Source of the DNA: an uncultured Planctomycetales bacterium
GTDB lineage: Bacteria; Planctomycetota; Phycisphaerae; UBA1845; JAFGLZ01
Length of the DNA: 64,000 bases
Direction of reading: 5' to 3'
Assembly (NCBI GenBank): GCA_964390905.1
Contig: CAYMLO010000010.1
Location: 18,186-82,185 of the forward strand
A model generated the notes under the pieces. It made no database searches and had not been told where the DNA came from. It worked only from the letters and a program-made list of their open reading frames with translations. Positions 46,560 to 54,275 of this stretch are shown piece after piece. Position 1 is the first letter of the stretch, and the number at the start of each line of letters is the position of its first letter. The translations under genes and the position numbers were made by a program.

Positions 46560-47135
46560 GTGGGCGAAGCGGAAGATCACGTTCGAATCGTGCTGCCGCG
46601 GCGATGCCTGGTCGTCCTGTCGGGGATCCCGGCCAGCGGCAAGTCGACGTTCGCCCACCGACACTTCCGACCGACCGAGGTGGTCAGCTCCGATTGGTGC
46701 CGGGCGACGATCTGCGACGACGCCATCAACCAGGCGGCCAGTCGCGACGCCTTTGACCTCATGCACGACATCATCGCCAAGCGGATGAAGTTCAACCGGC
46801 TCTGTGTGGCCGACGCCACGCATCTGACGCACGCGTCGCGCAAGCGGCTCATCGATCTGTCCGGACGCTATGGCTATCCCGCCTGTCTGATCGTGTTTGA
46901 CGTAGCAGCCGACGAGTGCAAACGGCGCGACGCGCGGCGCCCGGATTTCCGGGTCGGTGAGGACGTCATCGACGACCACGCCAGCCGGCTCGCGGTTGAC
47001 GTCGACCGGCTCGGCGCGGAGGGGTTCTTTGGGGTCTGGGTCCTCGGCACAGACCAGGTCGACCAGGTAGAGGTAGTCTTCGAGACGCACGCGGCGGAGA
47101 AGGAGCGGCCGGACCGACGGGCCATCGAGCCATGA
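46560..47135 (+). CDS. Stand-alone P-loop kinase resembling the polynucleotide 5'-kinase domain of Pnkp (AAA_33-type)
   Basis: LVVLSGIPASGKSTFAHRHFRPTEVVSSDWCR...DAFDLMHDIIAKRM...CVADATHL pattern. GTG start with AGGAGGGG upstream. Stop overlaps the lpxK start (ATGA). Confidence 0.65.
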   Translation: MGEAEDHVRIVLPRRCLVVLSGIPASGKSTFAHRHFRPTEVVSSDWCRATICDDAINQAASRDAFDLMHDIIAKRMKFNRLCVADATHLTHASRKRLIDLSGRYGYPACLIVFDVAADECKRRDARRPDFRVGEDVIDDHASRLAVDVDRLGAEGFFGVWVLGTDQVDQVEVVFETHAAEKERPDRRAIEP

Positions 47136-48295
47136 CGCCGGACGCCTACTACCATCGGCTGATCAGCGGCCGGCAGCGCGGGCCGGTCGCCTCGCTGCTG
47201 CGTGGCGGCCTGACGCTGCTGTCCTGGCCGTACGGCGCGGTCGTGGGCATCCGAAACGCCTACTACGACCGCACGGATCGCGGGGTTCGGCGCGCGTCGG
47301 CGCCGGTCATCAGCGTGGGCAACCTGGTGGCGGGCGGGACGGGCAAGACGCCGATGGTGATCTGGATCCTGCAACGTCTCGCCGAGCTGGGACGTCGCCC
47401 GGCCGTGCTGATGCGCGGATACGGCGCCGGGGCGAGGGGATGTTGCCAGGCCAACCAGGCGCTTCAGGACGCGATCCACGGCTGCGAGAACGACGAGGCC
47501 CGCGAGATCCGACGTCGCTGCCCACGTGCGGATCTTCTGATCGATCCCGACCGCGTGGCCGGTGCGGACAAGGCCGCTGCGATGGGATGCGATGTCCTGG
47601 TGATGGACGACGGATTCCAGCACCGGCGGTTGGGGCGCGACCTCGACATCGTCCTGATCGACGCGACGGACCCGTTCAGCGCCGGGTTGCTGCCGCGGGG
47701 AATGCGCCGTGAGCCGGTCGGCTCGCTCGTTCGCGCCGGCGTGGTCGTCGTCACACGGGCCGATCAGGCAACCGGCGAAGTCCTGCAAACGCTGCGGCAG
47801 CAGGTGACCAGATTGGCGCCGGACGCACCGGTCCTCGCCGCACGTCATCGCCCGATCGAGCTGTGCGACCAGTCCGGCCGATGCGACGCCGACATGCGCG
47901 TCGACGCGATGGCCGGCCGCCGCGCCTGGGTGTTCGCCGGCCTGGGGAATCCGACGGCCTTCATCGCGACGGTCGAGGGGATGGGGTTCGAAGTCACCGG
48001 CCGACAGTTCTATCCCGATCACCACACGTGCTCCGACGCCGAGCTGGACGAGATGGCGAGCCAGGTGGCGCAGGCCGGCGCGGACGTCGTGTTGACCACC
48101 GAGAAGGACGCGGTCAAGCTACCGCCGGATCGTCCCGACTGGCCCGCGCCGCTGCGCGTCGTCCGCGTCGGGATCGAGTTCCTCGGCGGCGACGCCGAGA
48201 CCATGAGCCGGCTGATCGACCGGGCGGTCAGCGCCGATGGCGCCCCGATCGACCGCAAGGACGTGCCCGATGACCAAGCCCTATCAACCGATTGA
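47132..48295 (+). CDS. lpxK: Tetraacyldisaccharide 4'-kinase LpxK
   Basis: VISVGNLVAGGTGKTPMV P-loop, DDGFQH motif, and overall length typical of LpxK. Confidence 0.85.
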   Translation: MTPDAYYHRLISGRQRGPVASLLRGGLTLLSWPYGAVVGIRNAYYDRTDRGVRRASAPVISVGNLVAGGTGKTPMVIWILQRLAELGRRPAVLMRGYGAGARGCCQANQALQDAIHGCENDEAREIRRRCPRADLLIDPDRVAGADKAAAMGCDVLVMDDGFQHRRLGRDLDIVLIDATDPFSAGLLPRGMRREPVGSLVRAGVVVVTRADQATGEVLQTLRQQVTRLAPDAPVLAARHRPIELCDQSGRCDADMRVDAMAGRRAWVFAGLGNPTAFIATVEGMGFEVTGRQFYPDHHTCSDAELDEMASQVAQAGADVVLTTEKDAVKLPPDRPDWPAPLRVVRVGIEFLGGDAETMSRLIDRAVSADGAPIDRKDVPDDQALSTD

Positions 48296-49232
48296 CGCAT
48301 CGAAGCTGACGACGTTCTCGATCGGTCGCCGTCGACACAAGGTCGCGCTGGACGCGATGGCGAAACTGCCGCCGCCGGGCGTATCGGTCGGTGAATGGCT
48401 CGATTCACTGCCGTCGGTGCTGGGTGCGGCCGAGTTCCGCGCGGTGGTCGATGCCGTCGTTGCGGCCCGTCAGGCGGATCGCCCCGTGGTGTTCGCGATG
48501 GGGGCGCACGTCGTCAAGGTGGGCTGCGGACCTATCGTGGTGGACCTGATCCGCCGCGGCGTGGTGACGGCCGTGGTCGGCAACGGCGCGACGGCCATCC
48601 ACGACGTCGAGCTGGCCTGCACGGGCCAAACGAGTGAGGACGTAGCTGACGCCCTCCACGACGGCCGGTTCGGCATGGTCCAGGAGACGGCCGACTTCTT
48701 TGCCGAGGCCGCCGCGCGGGGTGCCCGCGACAGCGTCGGACTGGGCGCGGCCGCGGGCCAGTTGCTGTTCGAGCAGGACCCTCCCCACATCGACGTCAGC
48801 ATCCTGGCCGCCGCCCATCAGGCCCGCATCCCCGCGACGGTCCACGTCGCCGTCGGCACCGACACGGTGCACATGCATCCCCAGGTCGACGGCGCGATGC
48901 TGGGCCAGGCCAGCATGACCGATTTCCGGTTGATCTGCAGCGTCGTGGCCGACCTCGGCGCGACCGGCCCGGGCGGCGCGGGCGGCGTGTGGTGCAACAT
49001 CGGCTCGGCCGTCCTGCTGCCGGAGGTGTTCCTGAAGACCGTGGCGGTCGCCCGCAACCTCGGTGCGGATCTGGACGCGATGGTGACCGCCAACTTCGAC
49101 ATGCTGGGCCAGTACCGCGCACGCCAGAACGTCGTGCACCGCCCGCCGCAGCCGGGCAAGGGCCACGAGATCATCGGTCAGCACGAGATCCTCTTGCCGC
49201 TGTTGCGTCAGGCCATTATCGAACGCACTTGA
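48270..49232 (+). CDS. Conserved protein, possibly deoxyhypusine-synthase-like fold (function uncertain)
   Basis: GAHVVKVGCGPIVVDLIRRGVVTAVVGNGATAIHDVELACTGQTSEDV loosely recalls the DHS-like NAD-binding family. The ATG 48270 start overlaps the end of lpxK. Confidence 0.35.
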   Translation: MTKPYQPIDASKLTTFSIGRRRHKVALDAMAKLPPPGVSVGEWLDSLPSVLGAAEFRAVVDAVVAARQADRPVVFAMGAHVVKVGCGPIVVDLIRRGVVTAVVGNGATAIHDVELACTGQTSEDVADALHDGRFGMVQETADFFAEAAARGARDSVGLGAAAGQLLFEQDPPHIDVSILAAAHQARIPATVHVAVGTDTVHMHPQVDGAMLGQASMTDFRLICSVVADLGATGPGGAGGVWCNIGSAVLLPEVFLKTVAVARNLGADLDAMVTANFDMLGQYRARQNVVHRPPQPGKGHEIIGQHEILLPLLRQAIIERT

Positions 49233-49264
49233 GCGCCCCGGGGCGTCCGCCTCCGGGTTTCCCG

Positions 49265-49303
49265 ACGAGCGATCCGGGCGCCGACGGCGCCCGGATCGCT
49301 CGT
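49265..49303 (+). terminator. Perfect 18-bp-stem hairpin (3-nt loop) between the DHS-like gene and cobA-hemD
   Basis: acgagcgatccgggcgcc-gac-ggcgcccggatcgctcgt, followed by tcgctttgc (a weak T-tract). Confidence 0.55.
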
Positions 49304-49345
49304 TCGCTTTGCATCTGGCCCGGACGGATCGTTTCAGTTAGGGTG

Positions 49346-50923
49346 ATGCGCGGTGGCGTGATGATCGGTCGAGACGCAATGGGATTGCTGACGGACCTGG
49401 TCGGCCCGTTCCGACCCAGGACCGTGTCACTCGTCGGCGCCGGACCGGGCGATCCGACCCTAGTATCCATTCGCGGTGCCGTTCGGATCACCCAGGCGGA
49501 CGCGATCCTGTACGACCGGCTGGCCAGTCCGACGCTGCTGCGGCTGGCCCGGCCTGACGCGGTGCTGATCTCGGTCGGCAAGACACCGACGCGGCATGCC
49601 GTGCCGCAGGACCAGATCCAGCGCATGCTGATCGAGCACGCCCGATCAGGCCAACGCGTGGTGCGGCTCAAAGGCGGGGACCCGTTCGTGTTCGGGCGCG
49701 GGGGCGAGGAGGGCGAGGCCCTCGCCGAGGCGGGGATCGCGTTCGAGGTCGTCCCGGGCATCACGGCCGCCATCGCTGCGCCCGCCTACGCGGGCATCCC
49801 CGTAACGCATCGCGATTGGACGTCGACGTTCGCGCTGGTCACCGGCCACGAAGACCCGACCAAGCCCGAGTCGAGCATCGACTTCGCCGCCCTGGCGCGG
49901 ATCGGGACGGTGGCGTTCTACATGGGGGTCAAACAACTGGCCGCCAACTGCCGCAAGCTCGTCGAAGCCGGCCTGGACCCCGAGACCCCCGCCGCCCTGA
50001 TCCGATGGGGAACGCGGCCGGACCAGCGGACGCTGACGGGCACGGTCTCGTCGCTGCCCGCGCAGGCCGAGGCCGCCCAGATCCGCCCGCCCGCCATGAC
50101 CCTCATCGGGCGAGTCGTGGGCCTGCGAGCTCGGCTGAACTGGTTCGAGGCCCGACCGTTGTTCGGCCAGCGAATCGTCGTGACGCGGACCCGACAGCAG
50201 GCGTCCGAGCTGGCGGGTCGGCTGGGGGACCTGGGCGCGGACGTCATCGAAGCCCCGACAATCCGGATCGCGCCGCCCGATGACTTCGACGCGATCGACC
50301 AGGCGCTCCGGCGGATCGAGCAGGTGGACTGGCTGATCCTGACCAGCGTCAACGGCGTGGACGCGATGGTCGACAGGCTACGCGCGTGCGGCCTGGACGC
50401 CCGTGCGCTGGCAGGATGCCGGATTGCGGCGATCGGACCGGCCACCGCCGACCGGTTGCGACAATGGTTCATCGAGCCCGAGCTCGTCCCAGATCGATTC
50501 GTGGCCGAGGCCCTGGCCGAGAGCATCCTGAAACTCGGCGACGTTCGGGGCAAGCGCTTCCTGCTGCTGCGGGCCGACATCGCGCGTCCCGCCCTGCGTG
50601 AAGCGCTTGCCGAGGCCGGTGCGGTCTGCGACGACCTGGCGATCTACCGCACGGAACCCGCCGACGCCCTGCCCGATGACGTGACCGCCGGCCTGGCGGA
50701 CGGCGCCATCGACTGGATCACGTTCACCAGCAGCTCGACGTTCACGAACTTCCTGGATCTGCTGGATGAGGCGGGGCGGACCGCGCTGCGCGACGTCCGC
50801 CTGGCCAGCATCGGCCCGATCACTTCGCAGGCCATTCGCGCCGCCGGCTACGAACCGGCCGTCGAGGCCACCCCCCATACGATTGATGGACTCACAGAAG
50901 CCATCCTCGCCGCGGTCTCGTGA
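49346..50923 (+). CDS. cobA: Uroporphyrinogen-III C-methyltransferase fused to uroporphyrinogen-III synthase (CobA-HemD)
   Basis: VSLVGAGPGDPTLVSIRG...ILYDRL...RLKGGDPFVFGRGGEE (SUMT domain), then a HemD-like half (IVVTR...LILTSVNGV...ITFTSSST). Start could be ATG 49346, 49361 or 49379. Confidence 0.85.
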   Translation: MRGGVMIGRDAMGLLTDLVGPFRPRTVSLVGAGPGDPTLVSIRGAVRITQADAILYDRLASPTLLRLARPDAVLISVGKTPTRHAVPQDQIQRMLIEHARSGQRVVRLKGGDPFVFGRGGEEGEALAEAGIAFEVVPGITAAIAAPAYAGIPVTHRDWTSTFALVTGHEDPTKPESSIDFAALARIGTVAFYMGVKQLAANCRKLVEAGLDPETPAALIRWGTRPDQRTLTGTVSSLPAQAEAAQIRPPAMTLIGRVVGLRARLNWFEARPLFGQRIVVTRTRQQASELAGRLGDLGADVIEAPTIRIAPPDDFDAIDQALRRIEQVDWLILTSVNGVDAMVDRLRACGLDARALAGCRIAAIGPATADRLRQWFIEPELVPDRFVAEALAESILKLGDVRGKRFLLLRADIARPALREALAEAGAVCDDLAIYRTEPADALPDDVTAGLADGAIDWITFTSSSTFTNFLDLLDEAGRTALRDVRLASIGPITSQAIRAAGYEPAVEATPHTIDGLTEAILAAVS

Positions 50924-50981
50924 CCCCTGCCACAAGGACGCCACGGCAAGAGATGAAGGGTAGACCGCGCGTCGCGTCGCG

Positions 50982-52754
50982 CTACAGCTCCGATTCGGGC
51001 CGAGCCGTCTCGGTCGGTCCGGGAGCGACCTGGCCGACTTCGTCGGTCCGCATCGCGAACGTCGCGTCGATGGTCTTGTCGGCGCACAGATCGTGCAGGA
51101 CCTCGACGACCTGTGCGTAAGACAGGCCCAGTCCCTGGCGCTTATCCTCAGGGACATCCGGGGGGCGTCTGCCCAGCGTCAGGACCAGGCAGGCCACGTC
51201 GGTTGGACAGGGAATCGGCGGACTCATTCGTCCCGAGATCGGCGTCTGCCGCACGAGCTTCAGCTTCTCGGCACCAGCATCGGCGGCGAGGGTCACCGCG
51301 CCGTTGCGGTGCACGTAGAAGGCGGGGGTCTGACAACGCATGCCCGACCCGAACAGCGCGATGCGTTGCTGTCCCGAGCGCTGGGCGGCCACCAGAAAGC
51401 CGCCTCGAGAGGGAACCAGATCCAGCAGGAAGCCGCCCTTCCCACCCACCTTGAGCGTCTGGATTGAGCTGTCCTCCTGTTCCAGCAGCGCCTCGTAGGC
51501 CAGCTGGCGGATCCGCTCATCGTCCGCGTCCAGGAGCGGCCGGAGGGCCAGGATCGCCTGCCCGGTCCTCTCCGTCCGTCCCAGCTCTTCGATCGCCAAC
51601 TCACGGAAGGGGCTTTCGGCGTTGTTGGCGTGTCGGGTCACCACACTTAGGGCCAGATCGTCCCCCAACCGAAGGCCCGTGCGGCCGGCAAAGTAGCTCA
51701 CCCCGGGCTCCTTGTGCGTGTACAGCTTCCGAATCGACGGCAGGGCCGTCTTGCCCAGGCCCTCCCAGGCCAGGGAGATGTCGGCAAGGGCGGCCTCAGG
51801 CTGGACGGCCTCCTCACACAGCTCCCGGAGTCGCAGATCAGCGAACGACGGGCTGGCCGGCACGTACAGGTGCACCAGCAGTTGCAGAAAATGCGCCTCT
51901 TGACCTTGCCACGCCTCCGGTATACGCAGGTCCACCGAGTGCGCGTCCGGTGCGTCGGCCGTCTTGCGCGGCTCGACCCCGAAACGACGGTTGATCAGCC
52001 GCATCAGCCGACTGGCAATGGCCGCCGACGGATTGGTCAACACGAGCCGGATTCGGCGGGCCTCGGTCGCACGCCCACCGCCGATCACGCGTCCCACCCG
52101 AGGGTCGGCCTTGGTCGCGGCGTCCTTCTTCAGGCCAAACGGATTGATGAAAACCTGGCCCATCCCCTCGCCGAGGATCCGCCCCTCGACGGGTTGGCCG
52201 TTTGCCCACAGCTTCAAGCTGCATGGCATCAACCAGCCGTTCTCGAGCGAGCTGACGTCGGTCCCCGACAACGCGCGAACGGTCAGATCGAACGTCGCGC
52301 CCACCTGAGCGGCCGCGGGGATCTCGCCATACACGGTCACCACGGCCGTCTCTTCGCTGTCGAGCAGCCTCTCTGGACTGTAGCGCTTCAGCGCCTTGTA
52401 GGCCTGACCCAGGCGATACCGCCGACGCATGTCGTCCAGCATGTACTCGCGAATCGGACGCGGACACTGGCTCGACCCGGTCTTGGCCAGCCCGACCACC
52501 AGACCGTACCCGCCGACCGACATCCGCCGAAGCCCCTCTACCCAGGCCACCGTCTTGATCGTGTCCCGGACGCCTGCGGATTCCTCCCGCGGGTCCTTCT
52601 CATCAAGAACGTTCTCGGCCTCGGCGGACTTGTCGTCCTGTTTGGCGAACCAGGTCGTCTGGCCGTCCGCGCTACAGCCGACCGCGTAAACCGCAAGTGC
52701 AAAGGTGACTGAAGCCAGTGCGGCTGCTAAGCACAGCCTTCGCATGGCAGGCAT
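50982..52754 (-). CDS. FlgI (flagellar P-ring)-like lipoprotein with a HEAT-like insertion
   Basis: Lipobox-like AVYAVGCS. FlgI-like blocks: GGYGLVVGLAKTGSS, ETAVVTVYGEIPAAAQVGATFDLTVRALSGTDVSSLENGWLM, GRVIGGGRATE, IRLVLTNPSAAIASRLMRLIN. Start ATG 52754 with GGAGGA upstream. Confidence 0.55.
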   Translation of the reverse strand: MPAMRRLCLAAALASVTFALAVYAVGCSADGQTTWFAKQDDKSAEAENVLDEKDPREESAGVRDTIKTVAWVEGLRRMSVGGYGLVVGLAKTGSSQCPRPIREYMLDDMRRRYRLGQAYKALKRYSPERLLDSEETAVVTVYGEIPAAAQVGATFDLTVRALSGTDVSSLENGWLMPCSLKLWANGQPVEGRILGEGMGQVFINPFGLKKDAATKADPRVGRVIGGGRATEARRIRLVLTNPSAAIASRLMRLINRRFGVEPRKTADAPDAHSVDLRIPEAWQGQEAHFLQLLVHLYVPASPSFADLRLRELCEEAVQPEAALADISLAWEGLGKTALPSIRKLYTHKEPGVSYFAGRTGLRLGDDLALSVVTRHANNAESPFRELAIEELGRTERTGQAILALRPLLDADDERIRQLAYEALLEQEDSSIQTLKVGGKGGFLLDLVPSRGGFLVAAQRSGQQRIALFGSGMRCQTPAFYVHRNGAVTLAADAGAEKLKLVRQTPISGRMSPPIPCPTDVACLVLTLGRRPPDVPEDKRQGLGLSYAQVVEVLHDLCADKTIDATFAMRTDEVGQVAPGPTETARPESEL

Positions 52755-52992
52755 GGTCTGGTCCTCCCTGACCCGTCTCGCCACCGAGCCGTCGCGCACC
52801 GCGCCCTGGCGGCGAGCTCCTGCATCACCAACGAGAGCACCCCCGCTCGCTCCCGGGCGGATCCTCGGATCTGCCCGTCCCGGACAGACGACTCCATACT
52901 ACTAGATCGGCAAATCCGGCCAAATTCAGCATTATCGGACGTCGCGTTGGCTGTCGATCTCGGAGAAAAACGATTGGCCAACCTAGAATAGG

Positions 52993-54099
52993 TCAATCCC
53001 CCATGCACGTGCCGACCGCCCGGGCGGCCGCGATCAGGGGGTGATCCGCCGGCACGAGCCGCTGCCGGTCGGCCACATCCTCGATGGCAACGTCGGTGAG
53101 TCGGCCCTCCCGCATCGCCACCATCCGGTTGTACTGCCCGGCCATGAGCATCTCGACCGCCAGGTGGCCGAACCGCGTCGCCAGGACCCGGTCGAAGCTG
53201 CACGGGGTCCCGCCGCGCTGGATGTAGCCGAGAATCGTGGCGCGGACGTCCAGGTCGGTCTTGTCGGTGATCTGATCGGTCAGCACACGGGCGATGCCGC
53301 CCAGTCGGATGGGGTCGGGGCTGTCGGCCACAATGCGCTGGATCACCTGCTGGCCGCCGATGGGCTTGGCCCCCTCGCTGACGGCAATGATGGTGAAGGC
53401 CTTGCCGCCCTCGTTGCGCCGCACGCAGAAGTCGCAGATGGCGTCCAGGTCGTAGGGGATCTCCGGGATGAGGATGACGTCCGCCCCGCTGGCGACGCCC
53501 GCGTGCAGCGTCAGCCAGCCCGCGTTTCGGCCCATCAGCTCGACGATCATGACGCGATGGTGCGACGAAGCGGTCGTGTGGATCCGGTCCAACGCCTCGG
53601 TGGCGGTCTGCACGGCCGTCTGGAAACCGAACGTCACCTCGGTGTGCATCAGGTCGTTGTCGATGGTCTTGGGCACGCCCACGCAGCGCAGGCCGTGCCG
53701 GATCAGGTTGGCCGCGCCGCTCATCGTCCCATCGCCGCCGACGCAGACGAGGGCGTCGAGGCCCCGTTCCGCGGCGTGGGCGATGACGCGATCCGTGACG
53801 TCCTCGAAGATCGGCTGACCGTCGTCGTCCTCGCCGACCGCGTACCGGGCGGGATTGGCCTTGTTCGTCGTGCCCAGGATCGTCCCGCCGACGGTCAGGA
53901 TGTTGCTGACGTCCAGCGGCTCGAGCGGCCGCATCCGGTTCTCGATCAGGCCCAGGAAACCGTCCGCGATGCCCACGATTTCCAGACCGTACCGGAAGAT
54001 GCCCGTCTTGGTGACCGCGCGGATGACGGCGTTCAGGCCGGGGCAGTCCCCGCCGCCCGTCAACAAGCCGATCCGCTTCACTCGAGACGTCGTCGCCAT
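52993..54099 (-). CDS. pfkA: 6-phosphofructokinase (PfkA family; phosphoryl donor not resolvable)
   Basis: IGLLTGGGDCPGLNAVIRAV, VCVGGDGT, VGVPKTIDNDL, MGRNAGWL. It combines a Gly at the GGDG(T) position with a Lys in PKTIDND, so ATP versus PPi dependence is ambiguous. Confidence 0.85.
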   Translation of the reverse strand: MATTSRVKRIGLLTGGGDCPGLNAVIRAVTKTGIFRYGLEIVGIADGFLGLIENRMRPLEPLDVSNILTVGGTILGTTNKANPARYAVGEDDDGQPIFEDVTDRVIAHAAERGLDALVCVGGDGTMSGAANLIRHGLRCVGVPKTIDNDLMHTEVTFGFQTAVQTATEALDRIHTTASSHHRVMIVELMGRNAGWLTLHAGVASGADVILIPEIPYDLDAICDFCVRRNEGGKAFTIIAVSEGAKPIGGQQVIQRIVADSPDPIRLGGIARVLTDQITDKTDLDVRATILGYIQRGGTPCSFDRVLATRFGHLAVEMLMAGQYNRMVAMREGRLTDVAIEDVADRQRLVPADHPLIAAARAVGTCMGD

Positions 54100-54275
54100 G
54101 ATCGCTCCCCGCGGCGCCGTCCGAGACGGCCCGCGAAACACGTCCCGGCACTCTAGCAGATCGGAGTTGGACCGGCCAGCGAACGAGGCGTCGGAAGCGC
54201 ACCCCCCTGGGCCCGCCTGTCCCCAGGCGGCTCAGACCGGGCTGGGGACAGCCCGGCTCGGTAGGCGCCGTCACC

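Noticed and set aside
44070-50923. Assigning the rSAM as AhbC/AhbD of the sirohaem-dependent haem pathway because cobA-hemD is nearby.
   Set aside because: Only one rSAM is present and no AhbA/AhbB-like decarboxylase genes are in the window. A strong hairpin also separates cobA-hemD from the block. It is kept only as an alternative hypothesis.
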